Source: the human T2T-CHM13v2.0 reference genome, Homo sapiens
Length of the DNA stretch: 64,000 nt
Reading direction: 5' to 3' (one strand)
Assembly (NCBI RefSeq): GCF_009914755.1
Contig: NC_060931.1
Shown here one piece after another: positions 1 through 14,232 of the stretch. Made by a program: the position numbers and the translations under genes. The stretch's first letter is position 1. Each line of letters starts with the position of its first letter. Under the pieces are notes generated by a model, which searched no databases, was not told where the DNA came from, and saw only the letters and a list, made by a program, of their open reading frames with translations.

Positions 1-329
1 TACCTTGGGTTTTAAACTTCAATGTAATGTGAATTGCTGGAAAAAGTGCTGAAGGACCTAAGTATGGAACTGGAATAGAGCCCAGGCTGTTTCAGCCCTT
101 CCTTTCTTAACTCAAGATGTTGCATTCTCAGCACATTCTACAGGTATTATTGAGAACTGCAAGTAACAAAGGGGAGAGAACTATGTCAGTCTAAGGCTAC
201 ATGTTGCAGTTCTCCCATAGATCACTAAGGTTCTGTTTTTTCCCTATTAACAGAGCTCCAGAGCTTATTTTGATTTTATCAGTTTTTCCATTAATGTATT
301 TTTTTTTCTTTCCAATGATCCAATTCAGG

Positions 330-1337
330 TGTATTCATATGTTTTTCTGTTGCTATAATAGAATGTTACAGACTAGGTAATTTATATATATATATAAACA
401 AACAAGTTTATTTAGCTCACAGTTCTAAAGGCTGGGAAGTCCAAGAGCATGGCACTAGTGTTTGGTGAGAATCATGCCATGGCAGAAGGGTGAAAGGTGA
501 GAGTAAGCACACAAGACAGAAGAAACACGGGCTGAATTAACACGGAAACTAACCACTCCATCAATAGTGGTATTAAACTATTCATGATGGCAGAGACCTC
601 ATGACTCATTGTCTCCCAAAGCACCCATCTATTAACAGTGCCACAATGGCAGCCAAGTTTACAACATATAAACTTTCTGGGGACACACTCAAACCATAGC
701 ATTCCACTTTTGGACTCCAAAATTTATATATTTCTCGCATGCAAAATACTTTTATTTCACCCCAATAGTCCCAAAAGTCTTGACTCACTCCAACACCAAC
801 TAAAAAGCCCAAAGTCTCATTTAGATCAAATAAGAATATGACTCAAAACACAGTTCACCCCTAGATAAATTTCTCTGTCTGTGAGCTTGTGAAATAAAAC
901 CAAGTTACCTAATTTACAATACAGTGATGGGACAAGTGGAAGATAGTCATTCCCATTTCCGAAGGGAGAAATATGCAAGAAAAGAGGGATAATTAGTCCC
1001 AAATAATTTCAAAACCTGACAAAGAAAACATTAAGTCTTAAAGCTGGAGAATAATCTCCTTTCACTTTTGTCCCACTTTCTAGATATACTGGGGTAACTG
1101 TTGGGCCACTATGACCTCAGGCATCCCTGCTCCTATGGCTTTTCTGGGCTCAGCCAAAGCAGCTCTGCCACACTGGCATTGCATGCTGGTGGCCCTACAG
1201 TTCTGGGGTCTCGGCATGGCCAGGCTCCCATGGCTTAATTAGGCATTGCCTCTTAAAGGTCACACCTCTTACTACCGTTACAATGACAATTACGTTTTCA
1301 ACACATAATTTTAGAGAGACATATTCCAACCACAACA
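330..1337 (-). mobile_element. ERVL-MaLR MST-type (MSTC/MSTD-like) element: full LTR 330-701, internal fragment 702-1248, short piece of second LTR 1249-1337
   Basis: Starts tgtattcatatgtttttctgttgctataatagaa, LTR ends aaaccatagca; MST-int-like sequence follows; second LTR end ccaaccacaaca; degenerate 5-bp TSD tcagg/ccggg. Confidence 0.75.
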
Positions 1338-1342
1338 CCGGG

Positions 1343-3520
1343 ATATCATATTGCATTTGATTGTTATTATCCTCTCTCTATAGTCTCCTCTGGTCTGTGA
1401 CAGTTCCTCAAGCCTTTTAAATTTTTCATGACTGACAGTTTTGAAGGGTATAGGTAAGGTTTTTATATAATATCCCTCAATTTTTGTTTGTTTGTTTTCT
1501 GCTTTTCATCATACTAGGGTTATAAATTTGAGGAAAGAAAACCTTAAAAGTGGAATATCCTGCTCATCATATCCTATCAGGTGTACATGTTATCTACATG
1601 ACGTTCTTGATGATGTATTAAGCTAGTGTTTGCTGGGTTTCCCCCACTGAAAAATTAGTTTTTCTCTTTTTCTTCCTTGTTTCTTTTTTTTTTTTTTTTA
1701 CACTCAAGAACTTTTTATTTAAGTCTTTCATTTCCCCCAATGAAGGGCATTGGTGTCTTTGTTTTTTTAAATTTATTTATTTTACTTTAAGTTCTGGGAT
1801 TCATGTGCTAAACGTGCAGGTTTGTTACATAGGTATACATGTGCTATGGTGCTTTGCTGCACCTATCAACACGTCATCTAGGTTTTAAGTCTCATATGCA
1901 TTAGGTATTTGTCCTAATGCTCTCTCTCCTCTTTCCCTCCACCCTCTGACAGTCCCCAGTATGTGATGTTTCCCTCCCTGTGTCCACGTGTTCTCATTGT
2001 TCAGCTGCCACTTATGAATGAGAACACACAGTGTTTGGTTTTCTGTTCCTGTGTTACTTTGCTGAGGAGGGTGTTTCCAGCTTCATTCATGTCCCTGCAA
2101 AGGAGATGAACTCATTATTTTTTTATGGCTGCATAGTATCCCATGTTGTATATTTGCCACATTTTCTTTATCCTGTCTATCATAGATAGGCATTTGTGTT
2201 GGTTCCATGTCTTTGCTATTGTAAATAGTACTTCAATAAACATACATGTGCATGTGGCTTTACAGTTGAATGATTTATAATCTTTGGGTATAAACCTGGT
2301 AATGTGATTGCTGGGTCAAATGGTATTTCTGGTTCTAGATCCTTGAGGAATCACCACACTGTCTTCCACAATGGTTGAACTAATTTACACTCCCACAAAT
2401 AGTGTAAAAGAATTCTTATTTCTCCGCATCCTCTCCAGCATCTGTTATTTCCTGACTTTTTAAGGATCCGCATTCTAACGGGCGTGAGATGGTATCCCAT
2501 TGTGGTTTTGATTTGCATTTCTCTAATGACCAGTGATGATGAGCTGATGAATACCTGAATGGTATTGTCTAGGTTTTCTTCTAGGGTTTTTATGGTTTTA
2601 GGTTTTATATTTAAGTATTTAATCTATCTTGAGTTAATTTTCATGTAAGTTTTAAGGAAGGGGATCAGTTTTTGTTTTCTGCATATGGCTAGCCAGTTTT
2701 CCCGACACCATTTTATTAAATAGGGAATCCTTTCTCCATTGTTTGTTTTTGTCAGGTTTGTTGAAGATCAGATTGTTGTACATGTGTGGTGTTATTTCTG
2801 AGGCCTCTGTTCTGTTCCATTGGTCTATATATCTGTTTTGGTACCACCACCATACTGTTTTGGTTACTGTAGCCTTGAAGTATAATTTGAAGTCACGTGG
2901 CTTGATGCCTCCAGCTTTGTTATTTTTGCTTAGGATTGTTTAGGCTACACAGGTTCTTTTTGGTTGCATATGAAATTTAAAGTAGTTTTTTCTAATTCTG
3001 TGAAGAAAATCACTGGCAGCTTGATGTGAATAGCATTTAATCTATAAATTACTTTGGGCAGTATGGCCATTTTCCTTCCTTCCTTGTTTCTTTAGAGTCT
3101 CTAAGTCCAACTCAAATTCATTTGATAAGGGTGGGAAGGACTTCTATATACATTATTTTGAATTTTTGTATAAGAAAGGTATTTCTTCTATCCCTATTTA
3201 TTATTTGTTCATATTAATATGGTCTCATGTACATATTTTTACATTTTTGGCTATGAACAAAATAATATTTATTTTATGGCCAAAATTATTCCAATTTTAG
3301 CCGTGAGGAATCCTTTCAGGTTGGTTCCTGTGTCCCTTTAACATGTCCCATCCCTTTATATTTTGAGAATTCTTTTAATTTTTGGCACTGCAAGATACTC
3401 CAAGCTCATTTTGTATTTTCCTTCCTCTATCGCTAGGAATAGCCATTTCTCCAAGGAACACTGGTTTCTTTTAATAGAGATTATTACTTAGAAACCAATA
3501 TTTACGTTCTAGAATATTCA
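1343..3520 (-). mobile_element. Old L1MC4-like 3' region, interrupted by an L1PA insertion
   Basis: cagttcctcaagcc...gactgacagttttgaaggg and ggcactgcaagatactccaagctcatt...gccatttctccaagg resemble L1MC 3' sequence; continues on both sides of the TSD at 1672/3079. Confidence 0.6.
1684..3074 (-). mobile_element. 5'-truncated L1PA8-like LINE-1 with internal deletion and 3' transduced segment
   Basis: L1 3'UTR (actttaagttctggga...taggttttaag...catatgcattagg) and ORF2 3' sequence; 15-bp TSD cttccttgtttcttt at 1672-1686 and 3079-3093. Confidence 0.92.
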
Positions 3521-4610
3521 TTTTTGTCACTTTTTTCTCCCTATATGCTTCAGTTTACATAGTTTCCACTGCTATGTTTCCAATGTGATTGATACTTTTT
3601 TTTTCTCAGTGTTAAATATGCAGTCAAAGACATTAGGGACATAAATGAGATTTTTCTTTCATATATTATAGTTTCATCATTAATAGATTCACCATTGTCT
3701 TCTTAATATGTTCATACTTTCCTTTAAATCCTTGAACATTTTATGGTAGTTGTTTTAAACCACTTTTTGCTAATTCCATTATATCTGTCATTCCTAGGTC
3801 TGTTTCTACTGACTTTGCGCCTTCTGTTTCTGCATGTATTTTCACCCTTACACTCTTATCATTAGTTTGTCATTAGATGCTGTATATTATGAATGCCATA
3901 TTGCATATCTGAATTTTGTTGACTTCCTTTAAAAAGATAAATGTTGTTTTGCCAGGCAGTTAAGTTAGGTGCAGATCAACTTAATCACTTCCTGTGTTTA
4001 AGCTTTGTAACATCTGTCTGGTATAGTGTTTACTTCAGGGTTTATTTACAACTAAGCCATTCTTTTATGGCAACTCTAAGAAATGCGATGAGTGTTCAAA
4101 ACATCTTCACATTTTCTTGTCAGAACTTGAATAGTTGCCAGTCCTGTGTGTTCTGAAAATTGGTTGGTTTATACTCACTTGCCCCTGCCTGGCTTTGTGT
4201 ACTCTCTGGTCATATGAATATTTTTGTATTCAGATGAAGACTCAAACACATTCCTCTACAGATTTCTGGAATATTTTTTCTGTATAGATTTATCTTCTCT
4301 GGTAATTCTGCTCCACAAATTCTAACCTCTTGAGACTCTCCAAGTTCAAATCTGTTTCTTCAATTTGGCAAGATTACTGTGCTCTGTCTGGGGCTTCCTT
4401 CTCTATATTCTTATTTGCAAAATGCTTCCAGGTAGAAAGTTAGGATATCCATAGGTTCACCTCATTTATGTTCTTTCTTTCATAATTAATAGTCCTGCAC
4501 AGCCTATTGCCTAATTTCTGATAATAGCTATTTTAATATCTACTTTTTAGTTATTTATAGCAGGAGAAAACCTGATTCCAGATATACCATCAAGGCCAGA
4601 AGGGAAAGGT
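3520..4610 (-). mobile_element. Degenerate old L1M 5'/ORF1-proximal fragment
   Basis: T-rich sequence with L1M-like motifs (ttttgctaattccattatatctgtcatt; cagatttctgga). Confidence 0.45.
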
Positions 4611-4967
4611 ATTTTCAGTTTTTTTTAAATATTCTTATTTTGATTTTAGGAATTTATCATCCTTACATGTGCCATTTATCTATATTTAGGCAAGTAGATG
4701 AATGCGATGAATGTGAGAGTAAGTCTGTATTTAAAAATTAGAAAAGCAAACACTAACGTATATTTAACTGTGTTAGGTTTCCCTTTCAAATACATAGTTT
4801 CAAAAGGACAAATTTTACCTGGCATTCTTTAATTATTTGCAGTAAAAACCTCTGTAGAAGCAGCAGTCTATAATTCATGTAAGGTTTTTTTTTTAATTTG
4901 TTTAAATAAGTCAGTGGTTTAAAGCAAAATAATCAGCCCACTCAATACACAGACGTGAGTGCGTGTG

Positions 4968-4970
<3 letters not shown>

Positions 4971-5005
<35 letters not shown>
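4971..5005. repeat. (AC)n microsatellite, about 17 units
   Basis: Direct reading. Confidence 0.97.
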
Positions 5006-5008
<3 letters not shown>

Positions 5009-6058
5009 TTTTCTTGTTAAACTGTCAGATATTTTCTTTTTAAAGATCCAGCTATTTGTTAGGTAAAACTGAATGCCAACACCTTTTAAAACATGATATT
5101 TTAAGCTGAAAAGTTAAGCTGTGGGAGTTTGGGAAACTTGCTTTAGCAATATAATTGCTTTCAAAAACATTTTCTAGGACTTGAATGTCACCAGAGGAAT
5201 AAAAAATGAGGGTAAAAAAGGTAGACTATAATTCTGAAAGCAATAGGGGAAGAAAATTTTTTTAGTTTCACGATATTAAGTACATTGCTTCCTTTGCTTA
5301 GGCCGTGGCATTTTTTATTTTTTCCTTTTGTTTGTTCACCACCATTAGATAAGAACCAAAATTTTAACTATTGGCATTAAAAGCAAGAAGAAAATACTTG
5401 AATTCTGTTTGGTGATGGTTTAATTGATTCTATGCCTGTCCTTTAAGGGCACACTGGAATGGCAGGTAAGTCTGGCCTGTTAAATGCTGATGCGGTGTCA
5501 GGGGAATCTTGATCCAATTTTTCACTAGAACATAGTCTGACATTCTACTCCACTCGCCACTGTCAATGTCAGAGGAAGTGTCATTATTTGAACAATAGCA
5601 TCTTCCAGAAGAAAAGACACCATGTTTACTTTTAAGAATGTCAGCCATTGTACATTTAGAAGCATTTTCTGGGGTTAGCAGAAACATATTTGACTGGACT
5701 AAAAGCAAAACTCCTCTTCCATGCTGAGTATCACAGATGCAAGACTAGAAGGACTTTTAAGAGGCTAACCAGCCTCATCTCCTGCCTTCAGGTAAAAGAC
5801 AAGAGTTTTTTTTGTGTGTGTGGCGGGGAGGGGCTGGATTTTTAAAGTTCTCCATGACATACATTCTGCAAGTACTTTATTTCTTGGGGATTCAATAATT
5901 CCAATTTTGTTTCTCATGATTTTGGTTTGCTTTCTTGTGATATACATTACACCAAAAGAATATTTGTTGGCAAAAACACATTCAACTGCTTTGATCTCTA
6001 ACCAGCAAAATTATATGCACAAATCCTATTGTTTGTGGTAGTTGGTAATGTTTTACTC

Positions 6059-6271
6059 CAGGAGTCATCAAACATTTTCTGTAAAGGGCCAGTCTCTGTT
6101 GTACTGCTGGCCATGAGGTCTCTTTTGTAACTTCGTTACTTTACTATGGTAGCATGAAAGCAGCCATAGAAAATATGGGAAAATAGTTGGCATAAGTGGG
6201 TTCTCATAAAAGTTTATTTACAAAAGCAGGCTATGGGCCAGGGCCTGGGGGCAATAGTTTGCTGATTCCTA
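6059..6271 (+). mobile_element. MER58A-like hAT-Charlie MITE
   Basis: caggagtcatcaaac...tctgtaaagggccag...aaagcagccataga...tagtttgctgattcct; terminal inverted repeats; degenerate 8-bp TSD ttttactc/ttctactg. Confidence 0.85.
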
Positions 6272-6357
6272 TTCTACTGTTTGGTCAAATCTGCTGTTGG
6301 GAAAGAAATGTAATCTTCTAACCTCTGCACTGTGGCACAAGAAAGAGCCTTGGGCCT

Positions 6358-7118
<761 letters not shown>

Positions 7119-10100
7119 ACCCAGAACATTTCCTTACAAAGAGATGAAGATGGCTGCCTGTGCTGGATATAATTCTTTGCTTTCGAATATTTTTTCCTGT
7201 TCCAGACTTGATGTCTACTTCTTTGTTCTGCCTAAGTGTGTGTATCATATGGCACCTGGCTAACCCCATGGCTATATGTGGTACATCTGCTCCAGTGGAG
7301 ATGGAATTGTCCTTGGCCTGTAGTAAAAGAGGGGTCAGTGCAAACCATCTTGTTGTGGTGGCTGCTGAGCAAGATCTGTTGGCCATGGGAGGATGATGTT
7401 CAGTATTGAAGCTGATCTTGCTCTGTTTCTTCTCTGTGTGAATAAAGTGTTGCTCCATCGAGTACCTGTGTGAGTCACGTCTTTCTTGGTGACCCTGACA
7501 CTTGAAACCATGAAATGGGTAGACATGTCGGGACTACTGTTCCTGGTAGTAGGTGTTGTTATGCTGTTTGCTATCCTCTGTGCTGTGGTACTCTGTCTCC
7601 CTGGAGGTGGTAATAGGTACAACTTTGTCAACACCTACATTTTGTTTGTTTTTTACTACTATTTGTAAGATCCAATGTTTTCTATAAAAATGTATTTTCT
7701 AAATGTGGGATCAGGTCAAGAATTTGCTTTTGGCTAAACCTATTACTAAACTGTCCTACAACAGGCTAAGAGTTGCCAATGTCTATTCAGGGTCAATTCA
7801 GATTAGAGTCTTATTTTTCTTTGAGAATCCTTGGGTATTAGATAAAAAAAACCTATTACATGTCAGTTATAAAATGATTCTGAGTTATTTCACTGTGTCC
7901 CAGTACAACATTCTGCTGTTAATGAAGCATTCTATTATTACAAACATGGAAAATTAAATAAAAATAAATACACATAATGTTTAAAATTAATAGAATAACA
8001 TTTTTAACTAATGACATTTATTAAAGTATTAAAAAGTAAACTTACTTTTATTCTGACCTGTGAAAATTTAGCTTTTGTGTCCTTAATTTCTGCTATTATG
8101 AGAATATTTTAGCAAGAAAATTTTTGTTTAAGAATATTAGCGAAAACTTCTACTTTTATATAAATAATGGTTTGGAAGGAAATAAGTGAAATTGTTTAGA
8201 TTTAGATTTTTCCCCTTGTGTTTTCTCAGAGTAATGGTGAAATTGAAAAATAAAGCACTGCATAGTTTAGATTTTGCAGTTTTGAAGAGTTTCATTAAGA
8301 CTTAGATTCTTATAGTAAGTTTTTACATAGTTACCTTGATGTAGACTTTCTATTTGAATCAACTTGTGAAATGATGAAATATTTTGAAAAAATAAAATAT
8401 TGAGTGTATTTATTTGTGTTATTTAGAAATAGAAGAAATCATTTTGTAAGTTTGTTTAGAAATGTGACTATATGAAATTAAAAAGATAATCATCTATGCA
8501 ACTTTTCATTCCATTTCAAGTTCTCTCCCTGAATTTCCAAGTTCCTTTTCATATCATGACAGGCAGAAGTGAGCATAATTCTGATAATACCTGTATTTTT
8601 ATGTGCACAATAGAAGTAGACACTTAGATTTCTTTTCATTGAATCAAACAATAGTAATCAGTTCTTTTTGGACATGGTGAATATTCTTATTTGAATGAGG
8701 ATTAAATTCTCACACTCTGTGTGGTTCCCTATGACAACTCTAGGTAAACCTTAATGAATCAGAGAGTTAAAACTTTGTGGCTCTAATGAAATAAAATACC
8801 TGGATCACAAGGAATTCAGGATATGTCATACAGAGATTTTATTCAATGACTTTAATGGAGAAACATAGCCAGTCAATAGTTTTAAAAATGAAAGAATAAC
8901 ATTAGTGTTTTCTTGCTCATTAAACAAAAAACAAACAAATTATAGACCTGATCCTTTTGTCAGAAAAGGAATATCTTTATTTGTAGTTGCATTAGCTCAG
9001 GCCACCAATGGATTACTTAGAATACCAGATGAGGTAATTTACTAACAGATCCTCTGTCAATATGAGAGAATAAAAAGACTTTATAAAATGAACAATGTAT
9101 AATCTCATTTTCTTTGTAAGATGAGAACAAATGCGTGATATCATATTTGGAATATTTAGCCTTGCCAAAATCCTGACAAGCATTCATTACAATATTAAAA
9201 ATAATTGACTTAAATTGTAAAACTTAACTACCTCTGTTTTTGTTCTATATTGGCAAATTGTTGGTAGGTTTTTTATATTTCCAATATATGGAAATATTTT
9301 TATCTTATGAAAAATAACACCATGATAAATGAATTAGAAAAGAACTATTAATTCTCCTTGTTAAAATAAATACATTGTTACAGTAAGTTCTGAATATATA
9401 CAACAAACAATCTCAATATATTGCATCAGAGGAATATAATCATACTTTTCATTTAAAAGATTTGGTACTTTGTAAAAAAGAAGTGTTCTGTTTTTCATTA
9501 GGACTTCATCATTAATTACTTTATGTTACTTTCACCTGAATAAAGAGGATATAAATATTTCTTCTTAAATACAATATAACATAAGAATATTCTATTTTAA
9601 TAGTATTAATCAAATCTGAATCACAAGGAATCAAAGCTATGGTTATACAGATATTTAATTCAGCAACAACAACAAAAATTAATTATAGCAGATCATCTGA
9701 ATGACAGGAGCTGTCTTCGTATTTCCTGCACTTAGCACAGATCTGACCACACTAGCCATATGAAAAAAGATTTGATTTATCTAGAGATTTCAACTGGAAA
9801 AGTTGCATGCATTTAATTAGATCTATTTTTATTTATTTATAAAGGAGAAAAACTTCCTATTTCTTGTTCTAATGAATATTGCATGCTATAAACCAACAAT
9901 CCCAAAACATGTTTGGAGGAATTTGGTTTCTTAAAATATAAAAGTTATTATTCTACTTATATTTATTATAAAATCATAATTTTATCAATAATAAGGGAAA
10001 TTTTAAAAAATCTACAACACTCTAAACAACACATCCTTTGTTAATTCTTTGTTTTCATTTTTAGTTTATGTCTAGTCATTCTGTATATATAAAATATACT

Positions 10101-10350
10101 CTAAGTTATCTTAATACTCAAATGTTTTTATTTTTTCAATGACTTTCTAATCATTTTACTTCTAGTTACATTATCATTTTAAATAATTTTATGATGTATT
10201 TTGCTATTGAACTAAATTTGTGTTGCCTTTACCATATTTTATTTACAAATTTTATTAATTAATGTTGCATTCAACATTTTTGTGAATACAGTTTTTTAAG
10301 TTTTTGAATTATTTAGAACTTGCCTAAACTAGAAAAATTACCAAGAGTAG

Positions 10351-10773
10351 TGTGGTTGAAAGAATTATTATCTCCAACTATCTGCTCCTTCTTTGTGGAA
10401 GGATTATATGTCCATGTTCTTTTCCACAAGACTTGAGAGACCTTCCTAATAGGTAGGATAAAAAGTTTTTGCATCACTGTCAGAATTGTTTATATGACTT
10501 GTTTGGGGCAATAAAACATAAGCTGAAGTAACAGTGAGATAGGTCTGAGCAGAAGTTTTAAAAGAGATTATGTGCTTTGGGTTGGCACTTCTGTCATGAA
10601 AACAATGCTCCTCTTTGAGCTCGTGTCGTAGATTAAGAATGCTTGTGGAGCAGTTCTGCAGGTGGAAACAAAGCTGCAGTCTACACAGCAATCATGTGTT
10701 GAGAAAGAAATGTCATATTGTAGGTCACTGTGATTTGGGGTTCGCTTGTTACTACAGCTGATTGATAGATACA
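10351..10773 (+). mobile_element. MLT1I/J-like MaLR LTR
   Basis: tgtggttgaa start; tgacttgtttggggcaataaaa; ctgagcagaagttttaa; ends ttgttactacagc...gataca. Confidence 0.65.
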
Positions 10774-10908
10774 GGATTAGTAAATCAAAGTTTTTGATCA
10801 TTATGTTGGCTCCTGACAGGTATTGCTGATTTGCCTTCCAAAAGATTTTGCACAAATGTATACTGACGCCAGCAATGTGTGGGTATATCAGTTTTACCAT
10901 ACCTTCCC

Positions 10909-11400
10909 TGTATCAGTTAGGGTTCAGTCAATAAACAAAAGGCAAACTAGGTATTTTTTTTTTTTTTTTTTTGAGACAGAGTCTCACTCTGTCAACCAGG
11001 CTGGAGTGCAGTGGTGTGATCACTCACTGTGACCTCTGCTTCCCAGGTTCAAGTGATTCTCATGCCTCGGCCTCCTGAGTAGCTGGGAATACAGGCGTGC
11101 ACCACCATACCCGGCTAAATATATATATATATATATATATATTTTTCTCCAATAGAGACAGGGTTTCACTGTGTTAGCCAGGCTGGTCTCAAACTCCTGG
11201 CCTCAAGTAATCCACCCATGTTGGCCTTCCAAAGTCCTGGGATTACAGGTGTGAGTCACTGTGCCTGGCCCAAACTAGGTATTTTAAAATGAGGGAGCTT
11301 AATATACACAATTAATTACACAGATGTTAGGGGAGTGAAAAGCTAAATGGGAAAGCTGAGATAACATAGAGTTAATAACTGTAGGACATAGCTGCCACTT
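10909..11400 (-). mobile_element. Old MaLR LTR fragment (MLT1N2/M-like), interrupted by Alu
   Basis: tgtatcagttagggttcagtca...ctaggtattttaaaatgagggagcttaata. Confidence 0.45.
10955..11270 (-). mobile_element. Alu (AluJb/Sx-like) with (TA)n in the linker
   Basis: Poly-T then gagacagagtctcactc...cctggcc; TSD caaactaggtatttt. Confidence 0.95.
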
Positions 11401-11401
11401 C

Positions 11402-11925
<524 letters not shown>

Positions 11926-12209
11926 GGGGATTATCCAAACTTTGGAGTCAGAAAGGCTTTGCAAACCTTGAGCTTGACCATGAGTTTCTGAAGGTGCTTC
12001 TAAGGAGGTATGATGAGGCCGATCAGGAAGTGCTGAAAAAAGCCAAAGCAGAAAATGAGCATCCTTAGCTAATTCTGGTGGGAAGTGCAGGATTACATCA
12101 GCAAGGAACAAGAAAAGAATAGTTTTTAAAAAATGTATAAACTTTGTTCATTTGGGCTTTTTGCCCTCAGTTAAAAAGAAGGAACGAGGATCTTAGAGAT
12201 GACAGATGT

Positions 12210-13070
12210 CAAACTTTTTAAATTTTCTTTATATTTATTTATGGGTCACTCAGCTGTTATATGAACTTCTCTATATCTAGTGACAGCCATTATCCTGCAT
12301 TCCCCATTTAATTTTCTTCCTGCATGGTCTGTTTCCTTGAGGATGCTTTATCATGTCGTTTATGTCTCCATCTTGTTACAGAGTTTTCTCAGCTGTCTGG
12401 TAATCTTAGATTGTCTGCTTCTGATTACGAATGAGAGTCTAAGGAGATGGTAGAAAGATCATAGTATTTGTATGTATATGGGTAGTGGAAGTTGGAAGTA
12501 TTCCCTAAAGGGTGATCTAAGATGGGAGGTTTGCAGGCAAACACCCCCATCGTCGTTACTCTTAGGTGTTTCCTTTTGGGATGGTTTATTTCTCAGAGAG
12601 GAGTCCTCACACTCCTCTTTGGAGGATAACGGTTAGGCTAGCAGCATTCTGGAACTTGAATGGGGGAAGGGCACTGGAAGGTTTTACATTTAGCATTCAG
12701 TAGGTAAATGGTCATCCTATGCCTTCAATGGTTGCAATTACCTATGCTTTAATATCTTCTGAGAATAGACACTAGGTCTTCTTCCAGGTTAGAAGGGGAG
12801 GGAATAATATAGTCTCCAACCACTTTCATACAGTCTTCTTATTTTAACTACTCCCTTCAAAATCACTTAAAATTCCTAAGCTCACTGCTCATTATAAAGT
12901 ACAACTCCAATCAGTTTAATTCAATGCTGGCATAGGATTTGGCTTTCTTTGTTCTATTAAGTCAGTTATCAATTCTCCATCTGCTTTTTAGTTTCTAAAA
13001 TCATGTTACTATTGTCTTCTCTCATGTTCACCCAATTGTTATGGTTTTATAGTTTTAAAAAATCCTTTTC
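12210..13070 (-). mobile_element. HAL1/old L1M-like fragment
   Basis: ttctcagctgtctggtaatcttagattgtctg...gaatgagagtctaagg resembles HAL1. Confidence 0.4.
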
Positions 13071-13498
13071 ACAAAGTTGTGCCAGAGTTTTGAGAGGGAT
13101 TGAATTGACTACAGTCTCTTTAGAACCAATTACAGTCAGGTTTCCTTTCCAGCTACTCCATGAAACTTCTCTTGTCAAAGTCAATGATGACCTTGACCTG
13201 GCAAAATCAATAGGTTATTTTTTAAATTATATTTTACCTGACCACTTAGTACTCAGTAGAGTTGATCACTCCCTCTTTGAAACTTGTTTTTTTTCACTGG
13301 GTTTCCAGGACTCCACACTTTTTCTTTTTGTGTAATTGATAAGTTACCCATTCTGTCTCTATTGTATCTTCTTCTTTTTCTTTCTGGTCTGTAATGATTG
13401 GAATGCACTAAGTTTCAGCCTTTGGAACTCTACTTTTTTCTGTCAACACTTGTTTTCTAGGTGATCTTATTCAATGCAGTGTCTTTAGGCCATATCCA

Positions 13499-14232
13499 TG
13501 TATTAGTTTGCTGGAGCTACTGTAACAAAACACAGTCTCCTACCTACAATGGTTGAACTTAGATTTTTCAACTTTATGGTGGTGTGCAATACACATTCAG
13601 TAGAAACTGTACTTCAATTACCAATAAAACCATTCTATTTTTCACTTTCAGTAGAGTATTTAATAAATTACAAGAGATATTCAACACTTTATTATAAAAT
13701 AGACTTGGTGTTAGGTGATTTTTTCTGACTGCAGGCTAATGTAAGTATTCTGAGCACGTTTAAGGTAGGCTAGGCTAAGCTATGGTGTTCAGTAGGTTAG
13801 TTGAATTAAGTGCATTTTCAACTTATGATATATTCAGATTATGATGGTGTTAATGGAACATAGCCCCATGGTAAAGTGAGGAGCATCTGTACCACAGACT
13901 AGGTGGCTTAAATAATGAAAATTTATTTCTCAGAGTTCTGAAGCTTAGAAGTCCAAGATCAAGGAATCACAGGTTTGGTTTCTCCTACAACATGTCTTGC
14001 TTGTAGATGGCCGCCTTCTCTCTCTCTGTACTCACATAAGTATGGCTGTGTCTGTGTCCTAATCTCCTCTTTTTATAAGAATACCAGTCAGATTGGATTA
14101 TGGCCCACCCTAAATAACTCATTTGAAATTAATCACCTCTTCAAAAGCTTTATGTCTATGCTGAGGTACTGAGGGATAGGACTTCAACTTATGAATTGGG
14201 AGCTGGGGTGGGAGACTCAATTGAGCTGACAG
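13499..14232 (-). mobile_element. MLT1A0/B-like LTR
   Basis: tgtattagtttgctggagctactgtaacaaaa | taccacagactaggtggcttaaa...gaagtccaagatcaagg. Confidence 0.85.
13533..13889 (-). mobile_element. MER47A-like TcMar-Tigger MITE nested in MLT1
   Basis: Ends gtgaggagcatctg followed by TA; internal ttaaggtaggctaggctaagctatg. Confidence 0.8.

Noticed and set aside
1240-1260. MST LTR-to-internal junction as a splice product
   Set aside because: The junction lies about 90 nt into the LTR, upstream of where element transcription would start; a simple deletion with microhomology explains it.
5430-5708. 92-aa minus-strand ORF in unique DNA
   Set aside because: No recognisable domain, non-ATG start and no supporting exon structure.
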